Below, one piece after another: positions 9,217 through 19,633 of a stretch of 64,000 nucleotides of DNA. The stretch is taken from assembly GCA_015488325.1 (NCBI GenBank), contig WFOA01000010.1, positions 15,945-79,944 on the forward strand, in the 5' to 3' direction. How positions within the stretch are numbered: the first letter of the stretch is position 1; each line of letters begins with the position of its first letter. The notes under the pieces were generated by a model that was not told the DNA's origin, searched no databases, and saw only the letters and a program-made list of their open reading frames with translations. The translations under genes were made by a program, and so were the position numbers. Source of the stretch: Acidimicrobiia bacterium (lineage in GTDB: Bacteria > Actinomycetota > Acidimicrobiia > Spongiisociales > ZC4RG35).

Positions 9217-10404
9217 GCGGCGGTGAGTTCGACATCACGGCCGCGGGTGCTGTTCTTGGGGAACGTGTTCCCCGTCCCTGCCGACGACGGCACCAAGATC
9301 CGGATCCGGAATCTGGTCGAGGCGGTGGCGACGGTCGCCGACGTCGACGTGTTCACCCTGTACGGCCCCGACGATCCCCTCGGCACCGCGGCCGACCTCG
9401 GGGTGGCGCGCCTCGGCGGCGTCTCCCGCAACCGGGCGTGGAGACCTCGCTCCCCGCTCCGATGGCCGGTGTCGCCCCTGCCGCGACCGTGGGCCTCCCG
9501 GGACGTGTCGGCCGCCCGGGAGGCCCTGTCGGCCTTCACCCGAGGTTCCTACGACCTCGTCTGGTACTGCCGGGTCGAGACGTTCCTCACCTTTGGTCCG
9601 GTCCCGGCGTCCCGCCGCCTGCTCGACGTCGACGTCCTGGAGGAGGAGCGGATCGCCACCTCCGTCGAAGCGGGGAAGGGTTCACCGCTGCGGACCTTCG
9701 CCGCCTTCGTCGACCGGGCACGGTGGCGAAGGCTCGAGAGGCGGGTCGTCGACGCCGTGGACGTCGCCTTCGTCTGCAGCGACGCCGACCGGCGCCACCT
9801 GGGAGGCGACGGCGTGGTGGTCGTCCCCAACGGCTACGAGGAGACCCGGTCGCTGCCGGCCGTCACGCCGGAGCACCCAACCGTCGGGTTCGTCGGCTCC
9901 TTCGCCTACGGGCCGAACGTCGACGCCGCCCGGGTCCTCGTGGAAGAGGTGATGCCGCGGGTCCGGGCACGGGTGCCCCAGGCACGCCTCCTCCTCGTCG
10001 GCAAACACGGCGACGAGCTGTTCGGCGTCGACCGCCCCGACTGGGTGGAGGCCACCGGCTACGTCGACGAGGTGGAACCCTGGCTGGCCCACATCGACGT
10101 GATGGCGGTGCCGATCAGGTATGGGGGCGGCACCCGGATCAAGATCCTCGAAGCCCTCTGCCACCGGATCCCGTTGGCCGCATACCGGTACGCGGTGGCC
10201 GGGATCGACGTGGCCGACGGGGTCCATGCCCGCCTCGTCGAGGACGCCGAGGGACTCGCCGCGGCCGTGGTGGCGCTGCTGGAAGACGCCGACTCGGCGG
10301 CCCGGCTGGCGGAGGCCGGGCGACGACTCTTCGAGGAGCGCTACCGCTGGGCTGCCATCCGCACACAGGTCGCCGGCCTCGTCGCCGACCTCGTTCAGAG
10401 GTAG
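9217..10404 (+). CDS. Glycosyltransferase family 4 (GT-B fold)
   Basis: C-terminal GT4 motif region ...GYVDEVEPWLAHIDVMAVPIRYGGGTRIKILEAL. The start is uncertain (GTG at 9217 proposed; the track ATG at 9115 would overlap the divergent GT2 start). Confidence 0.7.
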   Translation, partial: AAVSSTSRPRVLFLGNVFPVPADDGTKIRIRNLVEAVATVADVDVFTLYGPDDPLGTAADLGVARLGGVSRNRAWRPRSPLRWPVSPLPRPWASRDVSAAREALSAFTRGSYDLVWYCRVETFLTFGPVPASRRLLDVDVLEEERIATSVEAGKGSPLRTFAAFVDRARWRRLERRVVDAVDVAFVCSDADRRHLGGDGVVVVPNGYEETRSLPAVTPEHPTVGFVGSFAYGPNVDAARVLVEEVMPRVRARVPQARLLLVGKHGDELFGVDRPDWVEATGYVDEVEPWLAHIDVMAVPIRYGGGTRIKILEALCHRIPLAAYRYAVAGIDVADGVHARLVEDAEGLAAAVVALLEDADSAARLAEAGRRLFEERYRWAAIRTQVAGLVADLVQR

Positions 10405-11324
10405 AGCACCCGGTACCGCACCGAACCGACGAGACGTCCCAGGCGCAGCCCCGCCCCTTTGATCCATTCCCGTCGGCGGCGGGAGGAGACGACGAGGGGG
10501 AGACGAGCGACGAGCGACACGTAGGCCCGGAGCGTCGACAGCACCCCCGGATGGGGCATGTACTCGGCGCCGTAGACCCGGCGGGCGAGAGCCTGCTCGA
10601 CGCCCCACCGTACCCGTTGCCGCCACAGGGACCAGGCGTCGTCCCGGATCCGGTACCAGATCTCGGCGTCGGGGACCGACACGTACGCGAGGCCTCCTCG
10701 CTGCAGCCGCCACGACAGGTCGAGTTCGGAGAGGTGGGACGGATAGTCCTCTCGGAACCCTCCCAGGGCCCTCCACAGGTCGGCCCGCATGGCGAAGTTG
10801 GCGCTGGAGGCGTGGGATGCGGCCGCGGGCGACCGTCCCCAGGGCTGTGTGTCACGGTCGGGATGGTCGGAGGGATGCATGGGACCCGCGCCCGCAGGCG
10901 CCGACGCCAGGGCCTCGACGAACGCAGAGATCCACCTGGTCGACACCCGGTCGTCGGCGTCGCAGAAACAGAGGATGTCTGCGTCGGTGGACTTGGCGCC
11001 GATGTTGCGGGCAGCCGGGGATCCGACCGGTTCGGGAACGGAGATCACCTGGAGGGCGGGGAGGCGCTCTCGGAAGCCCTCGGCGACGGCGCGGGTACCG
11101 TCGGTCGACCCGTCGTCGACCACCACCACCTCCCAGGGACCTTCGTAGTCTTGGGCTTCGAGGGCTTCGAGCTGCTCGGCGAGATGACGGGCCGCGTTCC
11201 GGGCCGGGATCACGACGGCGACCCTCGGGTTGGGACCCGGCGGGCGGCTCACCTCCGAGAGATCCGGCACATCCCAGGGGGCGAGGTCGTCGAGGCCCAT
11301 ACGGTGAGGATACCGAGGGTCCAT
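10395..11324 (-). CDS. Glycosyltransferase family 2 (paralog of 12876..13739)
   Basis: PRVAVVIPARNAARHLAEQLEALEAQ ... VVVVDDGSTDGT ... CDADD motifs. ATG at 11324 has GGGGA 5 nt upstream; an alternative ATG lies at 11300. The C-terminus RYRVLYL matches the paralog's RYRVLVL. Confidence 0.8.
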   Translation of the reverse strand: MDPRYPHRMGLDDLAPWDVPDLSEVSRPPGPNPRVAVVIPARNAARHLAEQLEALEAQDYEGPWEVVVVDDGSTDGTRAVAEGFRERLPALQVISVPEPVGSPAARNIGAKSTDADILCFCDADDRVSTRWISAFVEALASAPAGAGPMHPSDHPDRDTQPWGRSPAAASHASSANFAMRADLWRALGGFREDYPSHLSELDLSWRLQRGGLAYVSVPDAEIWYRIRDDAWSLWRQRVRWGVEQALARRVYGAEYMPHPGVLSTLRAYVSLVARLPLVVSSRRRREWIKGAGLRLGRLVGSVRYRVLYL

Positions 11325-11433
11325 GCGGGTCCCCGACCGCGGGCTAGCCTGCCCCGCAGTCGTGACCGAGGGTGGAGTGGCGGACAGGGCGGAGATCCCC
11401 AGAGGAGACGAGGAGGGGCTGAAAGCCGGCGCG

Positions 11434-12897
11434 ATGGCGGGCGGTCGCTGGTCGGCGACCTCCAGCATCGGCCGTCAACTCGTCACCACCCTCGCCACCG
11501 TCGTCCTGGCTCGGCTCCTCGCCCCCGCCGACTACGGGATCGCGGTGGCCGTCACCGTCATCCTCGGCGTCTTCGAGCTGATGTCACAGTTCGGAATCGG
11601 CCAGTCCCTGGTCCGTCACCGTCGACTCGACCCCTCGACCACGTCGACGACGTTCTGGGCCTCGCTGATCATCGCCGGGGTGGTCTCGACCAGCGTCGTG
11701 GTGTTCGCCGACCCGCTGGGGAGCCTCATCGGCCAGGAGGCTCTGGGGCCGTTCCTCCGGCTGGCGGCGGTCGGGTTGGCGGTCTCGATGGCGGCTTCGG
11801 TGCCTGCAGGTCTGCTCACCCGGCAGATGGAATGGTCGAAGCTGACGATGATCCAGCTCGCCGGGTCGATCGTCCAGTTCTCGGTGGCGGTGGGGTTGGC
11901 GGCGACGACGGCGCTCGGGGCGTGGGTCCTCATCATCGGACGGGTGGCCGGGTCGGCCTTCCAGTTCGTCGGCCTCTTCTGGGCGGCACGGTGGACCCCG
12001 ACCTGGGAGTTCTCCCCGGCGGTGCTCCGCCGGGACCTCTCCTTCAACCTGGGGTTCTGGAGCACCTACGTCACCTCGTATGTGGCGAAGAACCTGGACT
12101 ACTGGGTGGTGGGCCGGCTGTTGGGGGCTGCCGTGCTGGGCGTCTATTACATCGCCTACGTGCTGCCGGTGCTCGTCCGCCAGCGCATCACCCGGGTCCT
12201 GGAGGGTGTCTTGTATCCGGTCATGGCACGGGTCGCCGACGACCGCCGCCGTCTCGAAGCCGTGTACGTCGAAGCCCTCGGGTTCTCCACCTTCGTCACC
12301 CTCCCGGCGGTGCTGGGCCTGGTCGCCGTCGCCGACCTCGTCGTCCCCCTGTTCTTCGGTACCCAATGGTCCGGGGCGGTGGCACCGATGCGGATCCTGG
12401 CGCTGGCGACCGCCTTCGACGCCCTCCTCCCCGTCGGCACCGCCCTGTTCCTGGCCCTCGGCCTCCCCGGCCGCAACGCCGTCATCACCACCTCCCGGGT
12501 GGTGACGATGGTCGTCGTCTTGGCCGTGGTGGCCGGGTCCCGGGACCTCACCTCGATCGCGTGGGCGGTCGCCGCCGGGTCGGTGACGGCCGTCGTCGTG
12601 GCGTTCCGCCTCGTCGTCCGCCGGGCCGGCGTGTCGCCCCGCTCCTTCGCATCCGCGGTGCTCGCCCCGAGCGTCACCTCGGCGGCGATGCTCGGTGTCG
12701 TCGTCGCGACCCGCCAGTTCACCTTCGTCGGCGGCCTGGGCGACCTCCCCCAACTCGTCGTCGCCGTCGTCGTAGGGATCGTCGCCTACACGGTGCTCGG
12801 GATGGGACTGTTCCGCCGCCGATACCGGAAGTATTTCGCCGACCTCGCAACCCTGGTCGGCTTCGACCGGATCCGTCAGAGGACCAGCACCCGATAG
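11434..12897 (+). CDS. wzx: Wzx-type polysaccharide flippase (MOP/MATE-like polysaccharide biosynthesis protein)
   Basis: About 12 predicted TM segments; N-terminus MAGGRWSATSSIGRQLVTTLATVVLARLLAPADYGIAVAVTVILGVFELMSQFGIGQSLV typical of O-antigen/EPS flippases. The track start at 11323 would overlap the divergent GT2 start codon. Confidence 0.8.
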   Translation: MAGGRWSATSSIGRQLVTTLATVVLARLLAPADYGIAVAVTVILGVFELMSQFGIGQSLVRHRRLDPSTTSTTFWASLIIAGVVSTSVVVFADPLGSLIGQEALGPFLRLAAVGLAVSMAASVPAGLLTRQMEWSKLTMIQLAGSIVQFSVAVGLAATTALGAWVLIIGRVAGSAFQFVGLFWAARWTPTWEFSPAVLRRDLSFNLGFWSTYVTSYVAKNLDYWVVGRLLGAAVLGVYYIAYVLPVLVRQRITRVLEGVLYPVMARVADDRRRLEAVYVEALGFSTFVTLPAVLGLVAVADLVVPLFFGTQWSGAVAPMRILALATAFDALLPVGTALFLALGLPGRNAVITTSRVVTMVVVLAVVAGSRDLTSIAWAVAAGSVTAVVVAFRLVVRRAGVSPRSFASAVLAPSVTSAAMLGVVVATRQFTFVGGLGDLPQLVVAVVVGIVAYTVLGMGLFRRRYRKYFADLATLVGFDRIRQRTSTR

Positions 12898-13739
12898 CGG
12901 AACGCCCCTTCCAGGCGCCCCAGACGGAAGCCGAGCATCCAGGCGAAGCGGAAACGACCCGACCGGGAAGCGAGGAGGGGCAGGCCGGCGAACAGGCGTG
13001 CCCACCCCTTCAGGCCGGAGGTGAGCCGCAGCGGCGGCATCCCCTGGGGCTCGTAGCGGAGGTGCAGAGCGACGTCCGCCACCGCGTAGGCCCGGGCCTG
13101 GCGGAGGACCCCTCGGGTGTCGTGGCGGAGGCGGTAGTGGACCACGGCGTCGGCGGCGAAATGGAGTTCGTGACCGGCGAGCTGCATCCGCCAGCAGAAG
13201 TCGGTGTCGGGGAGAGAGGGAAGCGACTCGTCGAACCCTCCGACCGCCTGGGCCGCCTTCCGGTTCACCCCGAGGTTGGCTCCGGCCGCGTGGGGGAGGA
13301 AGCCGTATTTGTTCTGGGGACGGTCCGGTTGAGGGTTCGTACGGGTGGCCAGCACCCAGGGAGGGTTGAGTTCGGTGAGGTCGAGGGGTCCGGTGACGAG
13401 GGAGTGGGTGTCGAGGGCCCGGCTCATGGCGCCGACCCACCCGCGGCCGACGACGTCGTCGGCGTCGCAGAAGGCGATCTTGTCCGACGCCGCCTCGGCA
13501 AGACCCACGTTCCGGGCATGGGGTTCCCCTGCCCGCCGGAAGGCGTCGACGATCCGCAAGGGCAGCCGGGAGGCGAAGGCCTGGGCGACGTCCCGGGTCC
13601 GGTCGGTACTGCGGTTGTCCACCACCACCACCTCGAAGGACCCGGGATCGACCTGGCGGGTCAGGGCTTCGAGCTGGTCCGCCAACGTCGCCTCGGCGTT
13701 GAAGGCGGGGATGACGACGCTGAGCTCGGGTACCTCCAT
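12876..13739 (-). CDS. Glycosyltransferase family 2
   Basis: MEVPELSVVIPAFNAEATLADQLEAL ... VVVVDNRSTDRT ... CDADD; 287 aa; last gene of the long minus-strand operon. Confidence 0.8.
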   Translation of the reverse strand: MEVPELSVVIPAFNAEATLADQLEALTRQVDPGSFEVVVVDNRSTDRTRDVAQAFASRLPLRIVDAFRRAGEPHARNVGLAEAASDKIAFCDADDVVGRGWVGAMSRALDTHSLVTGPLDLTELNPPWVLATRTNPQPDRPQNKYGFLPHAAGANLGVNRKAAQAVGGFDESLPSLPDTDFCWRMQLAGHELHFAADAVVHYRLRHDTRGVLRQARAYAVADVALHLRYEPQGMPPLRLTSGLKGWARLFAGLPLLASRSGRFRFAWMLGFRLGRLEGAFRYRVLVL

Positions 13740-13754
13740 CTTCGTGTCCCGGCC

Positions 13755-14906
13755 TCAGCCGCCCCTCGGGTCGGGGCCGGCAGAGACGACCCTTCGGGCG
13801 ATGTCTCGCCACAGGTCCACGGCGAGGCTCTCGGGAAGGGAGACGTCGGCGGTCTGGAGGACGGCTCCGCGGGGCACCGGCCGTTCGACGACGGCGTCGC
13901 GAATCAGCCCGATGGGGACGTGCTCGGGATGGTCGACGATGCGGACCGCCCGGCCCCGGAGATCGAAGGATCCGATCCCCCGGTCGAGACGGTCGCCGGG
14001 ATGCAGGTCCCGTTTCGCCACGGCCGCCAGGGACAGCTCGGGGCGAGCCGAGTTGTCGAGGAGCACCCCGCCCCCTTCCGTCACCCGTCGGATCGTCTTG
14101 AGGATCTCCAGATGCACGAAGATGTTGGGTCGGACGAGGGTGTAGTAGGGCCCGTCGCCCATCTTGTAGTACCGCAGGGCCGGGGCCTGGTCGGGGTCGT
14201 GGGTGGCGACGATGAACACGCCGTGGCTGAGATGGGGTGAGACGACGAAGTCGGTCACCGGCCGCCCCACCTTCTCCGCCAGCGACGCCAGGCGGGCGGC
14301 GCCGTCGGACAGGTCGTCGACCGCCGCCCCTTCCATGCCGTCGGGCCCGATGGTGGCACCGAAACGGTTCCCGACGAGGACCTGTTCGGCTTCGACCTTG
14401 GTGCCGTCGGTGAAGGCGGTCACCATCGGGAGGCTGATGCCCTGACGCTCGGCCCAATACTCCATCTCGTCGGGGGTGGGATCCCGGTTGAGGAACCCTT
14501 TCATGTTCCCGTAGGCGACGGGCCGAAAGCCCATCGCCACTGCCTCTTCGTGCAGCTCGGCGAGACAGCCCGGCTGGTCGCCGGCGGCTTCGGTCACGAC
14601 CCCTCGGCCGACGAAAGCCGAGCCGGTGGTGATGTGGAACTCGGTGTTCATGGTGACGACCGGGACGCCGCGGTCGACGGCCGCGGCCACCACGTCGGTC
14701 GCCCAGATGGGATCACCCGAGCATTCGACGACGACGTCGGCGTGGTCGACGAGCTCGTCGATCGAACGGGTGACCAGGTCGTCGTCGAAGACGTCCACCG
14801 TCCGACGTCGGGTGAGCACCTTGACGATACGGGCCGTGTCCCTCCGCCGGACTTCGGTGGCGAAGTTCCGGGCGATGAAGCCGGTTCCGACCAGACCCAG
14901 GTTCAT
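13755..14906 (-). CDS. NAD(P)-binding oxidoreductase with C-terminal SAF domain (COG4091-like predicted dehydrogenase)
   Basis: Start [15 protein letters not shown] (Rossmann GxGxxA). ATG at 14906 overlaps the rmlA stop (ATGA). The upstream in-frame extension is Arg-rich junk. Confidence 0.6.
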   Translation of the reverse strand: MNLGLVGTGFIARNFATEVRRRDTARIVKVLTRRRTVDVFDDDLVTRSIDELVDHADVVVECSGDPIWATDVVAAAVDRGVPVVTMNTEFHITTGSAFVGRGVVTEAAGDQPGCLAELHEEAVAMGFRPVAYGNMKGFLNRDPTPDEMEYWAERQGISLPMVTAFTDGTKVEAEQVLVGNRFGATIGPDGMEGAAVDDLSDGAARLASLAEKVGRPVTDFVVSPHLSHGVFIVATHDPDQAPALRYYKMGDGPYYTLVRPNIFVHLEILKTIRRVTEGGGVLLDNSARPELSLAAVAKRDLHPGDRLDRGIGSFDLRGRAVRIVDHPEHVPIGLIRDAVVERPVPRGAVLQTADVSLPESLAVDLWRDIARRVVSAGPDPRGG

Positions 14907-15808
14907 CGGATCGGCCTCGACCGGGGTGCCCAGCCGCTGAAGGGCTGGTCCAACAGCTCGAGCAGGTACTGGCCGTACTGGGAGGAACGCATGGCACCGG
15001 CGAGCCGGCGGACCTGTTCGGCGTCGATGTAGCCCATCCGCCAGGCGATCTCCTCGGGGGCTGCGATCTGCAGACCCTGGCGGCGTTGGATCGTGGCGAT
15101 GAAGTTGGAGGCTTCGAGCAGGGCGTCGTGGGTTCCCGTGTCCATCCAGGTGGTTCCCCGGCCCAAGAGCTGCACCGACAGTCGGCCCTGTTCCAGATAC
15201 ACCCTGTTGAGGTCGGTGATCTCGAGTTCGCCCCGGGCCGACGGTTTCAGGCCTTTGGCGATGGAGGAGACGTCGCCGTCGTAGAAGTAGAGCCCGGTGA
15301 CGGCGAAGTTCGAACGGGGCCGTTCCGGTTTCTCCTCGATGGACAGCACCGTGCCCTTCTCGTCGAACTCGATCACCCCGTACCGCCGGGGGTCTCGCAC
15401 GTAGTAGGCGAACACGAGGGCCCCTTCGGTGAGGGCGGCGGCCTCCTGCACCCGGTCGGTGATGCCGTAGCCGAAGAAGATGTTGTCGCCGAGGATCAAA
15501 GCGACGGGGTCGCCGTCGACGAACCGTTCCCCGACGATGAAGGCGTCCGCCAGGCCCCGCGGTTCGGGCTGAAAGGCGTACGAGAAGCTGAGTCCCCACT
15601 GACTGCCGTCTCCGAGGACGTTGTGGAAGCTGGGGGCGTCGCCGGGGTTGGTGATGACGAGGATGTCGCGGATCCCGGCCAGCATCAGCACCGAGAGCGG
15701 GTAGTAGATCATCGGCTTGTCGAACACCGGTAGGAGCTGTTTGGAGACCCCCCGGGTGACGGGGGCCAGCCGGGTCCCCGAGCCGGCAGCGAGGATGATC
15801 CCTTTCAT
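14903..15808 (-). CDS. rmlA: Glucose-1-phosphate thymidylyltransferase
   Basis: [52 protein letters not shown] ... is near-canonical RmlA/RfbA. The ATG at 15808 overlaps the upstream gene's stop by 4 nt. Confidence 0.9.
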   Translation of the reverse strand: MKGIILAAGSGTRLAPVTRGVSKQLLPVFDKPMIYYPLSVLMLAGIRDILVITNPGDAPSFHNVLGDGSQWGLSFSYAFQPEPRGLADAFIVGERFVDGDPVALILGDNIFFGYGITDRVQEAAALTEGALVFAYYVRDPRRYGVIEFDEKGTVLSIEEKPERPRSNFAVTGLYFYDGDVSSIAKGLKPSARGELEITDLNRVYLEQGRLSVQLLGRGTTWMDTGTHDALLEASNFIATIQRRQGLQIAAPEEIAWRMGYIDAEQVRRLAGAMRSSQYGQYLLELLDQPFSGWAPRSRPIR

Positions 15809-16842
15809 CCCTCCGGCTCCAGGTCGATGAGAGCTCCGTCGAGCTCCACTTCGGCGAGACGGCGGCGCCATTCGGTGAGCAGCCGGTACCACTCGAGGGT
15901 GATGGTGTCGGGGGTCCGGTCGGTGAGACCCGCCGAGAGGGCCTCCACCACCTCCTGGACCCCGTCGATGGCGGTGAGTTCCGCCTTGTACCCCCGGGAT
16001 TCGATCTTGTCGAAGCACACCCGGTAGGACCGGTGGTCGGGGTCTCCGTACCATTCGATCTCGACGTCGTCGCCCACCGTTTCGGCGACGAGCCGGCCGA
16101 GGGGCCCGATCTGGTACACGTTCGCCTCCGAGCCCACGTTGAAGATCTCCCCGCTCACGTCCGAATGGGGAGCTTCGATGGCCCAGATGAGGGCGCGGCT
16201 GGTGTCGGCGACGTGGACCATCGGGCGCCACTGGCTTCCGTCCCGCATCAGCGGGAGACGACGATGTTTCCACGCCCCGTACGTCATCCCGTTGATGGCC
16301 AGGTCGAAACGCATCCGCGGGGAGTAGCCGTACACCGTCGCCTGGCGGAGCACCACCACACCGAAGGTGTCGCAGGCCAGGGGCAGCACCCCCGCCTCGG
16401 CCCGCTCGTTGGCCTGGGCGTAGATGGTGAGGGGGTTGGTGGGATGGGTCTCGTCGGCCACCACGTCGGGGTCTTGGAACCCGTACACCGAACAGGAGCT
16501 CGGCAGCACGTATCGTTCCACCCCGGCTTCACGGGCCAGACGGGCGCATCGCACCCTCGCCTCGTAGTTGATCTGCCAGGTGGCTTCGGGGAAGAGGGCG
16601 CCGCTGGGGTCGTTGGAGATGGCGGCCAGGTCGATCACGTACCGGACCCCGGAGAAATGGTCGGGACGCAGGCGTCGGGTGTCTTCGGTGATCTTCTCCA
16701 CCCGGTCGTCGTCGGCGAGGCGGTCCCGCCCGAAGAAGAACCGGTCGATGACCCGTACCCGGTATCCCCGTTCGACCAGCATCGGGACCAGGGTGGTGCC
16801 GATGTATCCGCCGCCGCCGGTCACCATCACCAGATCACTCAT
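15805..16842 (-). CDS. NAD-dependent epimerase/dehydratase (SDR family; candidate dTDP-sugar dehydratase/reductase)
   Basis: [15 protein letters not shown] Rossmann motif, YxxxK region, 345 aa. ATGA-type overlaps on both sides (rmlC upstream, rmlA downstream). Confidence 0.85.
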   Translation of the reverse strand: MSDLVMVTGGGGYIGTTLVPMLVERGYRVRVIDRFFFGRDRLADDDRVEKITEDTRRLRPDHFSGVRYVIDLAAISNDPSGALFPEATWQINYEARVRCARLAREAGVERYVLPSSCSVYGFQDPDVVADETHPTNPLTIYAQANERAEAGVLPLACDTFGVVVLRQATVYGYSPRMRFDLAINGMTYGAWKHRRLPLMRDGSQWRPMVHVADTSRALIWAIEAPHSDVSGEIFNVGSEANVYQIGPLGRLVAETVGDDVEIEWYGDPDHRSYRVCFDKIESRGYKAELTAIDGVQEVVEALSAGLTDRTPDTITLEWYRLLTEWRRRLAEVELDGALIDLEPEG

Positions 16843-17411
16843 GGGGTCTCCTCGTCGTAGGTGAAGTACACGGGCAGGTCGGCGAAGCGGGGCTGTCTCC
16901 GGTCTTTCTCGGAGACGATGGCCTCGTCGGGGGCCACCGGCCAGTCGATCCCGAGGTCGGGGTCGTCCCAGGCCACCCCCCGGTCCACGTCGGGTGACCA
17001 GTGACTCGTGACCTTGTACAGGACTTCGGTGTTGGGTTGGAGGGTGCAGAACCCGTGGGCGAAGCCCACCGGCACGTAGACCTGGTTCCAGGCCTCCGCC
17101 GACAGTTCGACGGCGACGTGCCGCCCGAAGGTGGGTGAACCTCTGCGGAGGTCGACGAGGACGTCGAAGACGGCTCCGGCGGTGACCCGCACCAGCTTGG
17201 ACGTGGCCGCCGGGGGGACCTGGAAGTGGAGACCGCGTACCACTCCGACGTCCACCGAGAGGGAGTGGTTGTCTTGAACGAAGTCATCGTGGATGCCCAG
17301 CTCGGCGAGGGTTCGGCGGTTGTACACCTCGGAGAAGAAGCCCCGTTCGTCTCGGTGACGGTCCGGTACGAACAGCCACGCCCCCGGCAGCTCGAGCTCG
17401 ATCGCTTCCAC
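16839..17411 (-). CDS. rmlC: dTDP-4-dehydrorhamnose 3,5-epimerase
   Basis: Cupin RmlC motifs ...FVPDRHRDERGFFSEVY ... RGLHFQ. Proposed GTG start at 17411 has GGAGG 4 nt upstream; the track start at 17429 is also GTG. Confidence 0.85.
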   Translation of the reverse strand: MEAIELELPGAWLFVPDRHRDERGFFSEVYNRRTLAELGIHDDFVQDNHSLSVDVGVVRGLHFQVPPAATSKLVRVTAGAVFDVLVDLRRGSPTFGRHVAVELSAEAWNQVYVPVGFAHGFCTLQPNTEVLYKVTSHWSPDVDRGVAWDDPDLGIDWPVAPDEAIVSEKDRRQPRFADLPVYFTYDEETP

Positions 17412-17500
17412 CTGGCCTCCCCTCCACACCCACGGTCATGTTACCCGCCGGCACCGGGCCGACAAGGTGCGTCTCGAACCCCGCCGGAGCGTTTCCCAGG

Positions 17501-18679
17501 TCACCGCCCCAGCACCTCGTGGTAGAGACGCTCCAACTCGGCGGCCACTCGGTCCGGGCGAAATCCCTGCTCCACCACCCGTTTGGCGGCGGCACCGAGG
17601 CGGGCCCGCAGCTCGGCGTCTTCCGCCAGCTCGACGATCGCCGCCGCCAGCGCCTCAGGGTCCTGGGGTGGGACCGTGAGACCGCTTTCGCGGTCGGTGA
17701 CGACGTCGCTCATCGGGGGAACACCGGTGACGACGACCGCGCATTCGGCGGCCATCGCCTGCAGCATCGCCACCCCGATCCCTTCGAACAGGGAAGGGAA
17801 GGCGAAGACGTCGGCGGCCGCCAACAGGTCGACGACGTCACGGCGGTGCCCGAGGAACCGCATTCGGTCGCCGAGACCGGACGCGGCGAGCCGTCTCCGG
17901 AGGTCGTCGCTGAGACTGCCCGGCGTGCCGGCGACCAGGGCCCGAGCGGTGGGGATCCGGTCCACCACGAGCCGCATCGCTTCGATCAGGTAGCGCTGAC
18001 CCTTCTGGGGGGCTTCCCGGCCGATGTTCACCACGAGGAAGGTGTCCTCTGCCCAACCCATCTCCCCGAGGATCCGCTTCCGGGCGGCCTCACGGCCGCC
18101 GACGGGGACGAGATCGGCCGGGTCGACCGCCCGGGGGATGACGGCGATCCGTTCGTCGGCGATACGAGCGGTGTCTCTCCACGACCGAGCCACCTCCCCG
18201 GAGATGGCATGGAAACGGGTGACCAGCCGCATGGTGGTGGTGTCCACCACCTGGTAGGCCCGCAGCTTCCACCAGGCCAACGGGTTGTCGAGGGATTTCA
18301 CCTTCTCGTTGGCGATGTTCACCAGGGTCTCCACCACAGGAACGCGGAGGCGACGCCCGGCGAACCGGGCCGCCAAGGCGGCGTCGGCGAGGGAGCAGTG
18401 GACGAGGTCCGGCTCCAGATCGCGAAGTACACGGATGAGGTCACGGGCCCGGGTCCAGGGCCCGGGACGGGCGACACCCTTCGGGTACAGGTGGACGACC
18501 GGCACGGTCGAAGGCACTTCGTCCCTTCGCGACGGATCGACTTCGTAGAGGCAGACGAGGCTGTGGCGCAGCTCGGGGTCGGTGAACGACCGGAGGTTGG
18601 TGACGAGTTGCTGTTCGGCCCCCCCGGTCGCCGCGATCGAGTTGATGACGTGGACGACATGCGCCCGTCTGCGCGTCAT
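17501..18679 (-). CDS. Glycosyltransferase family 4
   Basis: Real start MTRRRAHVVHVINSIAATGGAEQQ (ATG at 18679). C-terminal EGIGVAMLQAMAAECAVVVTGVPPMSDVV GT4 motif. The upstream extension to 19072 is junk that overlaps the deacetylase gene. Confidence 0.8.
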   Translation of the reverse strand: MTRRRAHVVHVINSIAATGGAEQQLVTNLRSFTDPELRHSLVCLYEVDPSRRDEVPSTVPVVHLYPKGVARPGPWTRARDLIRVLRDLEPDLVHCSLADAALAARFAGRRLRVPVVETLVNIANEKVKSLDNPLAWWKLRAYQVVDTTTMRLVTRFHAISGEVARSWRDTARIADERIAVIPRAVDPADLVPVGGREAARKRILGEMGWAEDTFLVVNIGREAPQKGQRYLIEAMRLVVDRIPTARALVAGTPGSLSDDLRRRLAASGLGDRMRFLGHRRDVVDLLAAADVFAFPSLFEGIGVAMLQAMAAECAVVVTGVPPMSDVVTDRESGLTVPPQDPEALAAAIVELAEDAELRARLGAAAKRVVEQGFRPDRVAAELERLYHEVLGR

Positions 18680-18846
18680 GGTTCGGTGCGCTCCCGGCTC
18701 GGTGTCCTCCTCCGCCTCGACGAACCCGGCGTCTGCGGGCACCGAACCGTTCGCGTCGCTCCCCCGTCCGGCATGGGTTCCCCTCTCGAACGTCCACCGC
18801 GCATTATCGGACGCCGACGGGTTCAGGACCAAGTTCCCCACCTCGG

Positions 18847-19629
18847 TCACGGGCCCCGGTACCCCGACACCAATGACCGCACCCGATCTTCCAGGCTGAG
18901 GCCGCCACGCACCCGGGGCCCGAAGAACACCCGGCCGTCGGCCGCCTGCACGGGGATGCGGGGGATGCGGTGGCGGTCGGTTCCGGGCCCGACCGGGCCG
19001 GGACGTCCCAGCACGGCCGTCTCGTATCGCCGCCGGACCACCCCGTCGGCCCCCTCCGACCAGTAGCCCCACGGGTAGGCGAAATGGCGGGGCCGGATCC
19101 CCAGGCGCCGCTCGATGAGCTCGTCGGAGGCGGCGAGCTCGGATTCGACCTGGTCGGGCGCCAAGGAGCGTAGGTCGACGTGTCGATGGGTGTGAGCGCC
19201 GATCGTGACGAGGCCCGACGCCACCATCTCCTCCACCTGTTCCCAGCGCAACGGGCGGCCGTCGGGGTAGAGGGGCGTTCCCGTCTCGACGGGTTCGGTG
19301 GTGAGGAACAGGGTGAAGGGCATCTGCAAGTCGCGCAGCAGCGGGAACGCGTGCTCGTAGACATCGACGTAGCCGTCGTCGAAGGTGATCGCGACCTCCA
19401 GGGTCTCGCCATGACCGCCATCGACGGCCTGTTCGAAGGGGAGCACCCGGGCGTGCTCCGCCAACCAGGCGACATGGGCGCGAAACACCTCGGGGGTGAC
19501 GTCCATCTGGCGGGCGGATCCGCCCCCCACCTGGTGGTAGATGAGGATGCGGGGCCCGGCGACAGGCGAGAGGAGTGGGTCGGCCACGACCGCGGCCATC
19601 TTGAGGAGTCGCCGGATGAGGTGCGCCAT
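18847..19629 (-). CDS. Polysaccharide deacetylase (NodB-homology, CE4)
   Basis: TFDDGY motif and His-containing motifs (IGAHTHRHVDL). Start ATG at 19629 lies immediately after the Wzc-like stop. Confidence 0.8.
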   Translation of the reverse strand: MAHLIRRLLKMAAVVADPLLSPVAGPRILIYHQVGGGSARQMDVTPEVFRAHVAWLAEHARVLPFEQAVDGGHGETLEVAITFDDGYVDVYEHAFPLLRDLQMPFTLFLTTEPVETGTPLYPDGRPLRWEQVEEMVASGLVTIGAHTHRHVDLRSLAPDQVESELAASDELIERRLGIRPRHFAYPWGYWSEGADGVVRRRYETAVLGRPGPVGPGTDRHRIPRIPVQAADGRVFFGPRVRGGLSLEDRVRSLVSGYRGP

Positions 19630-19633
19630 GGCC

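Noticed and set aside
11323-11434. Track start of wzx at 11323 (ATG)
   Set aside because: Would share the CATG with the divergent GT2 start codon and add a 37-aa non-hydrophobic leader. ATG at 11434 gives a typical short N-terminus before TM1.
9438-14240. 1600-aa plus-strand ORF spanning five genes
   Set aside because: Extreme R/G/P/D low-complexity composition with no domain-like segments; antisense to five well-supported minus-strand genes (GT2, rmlA-operon genes and others). Typical stop-free shadow frame in about 70% GC DNA.
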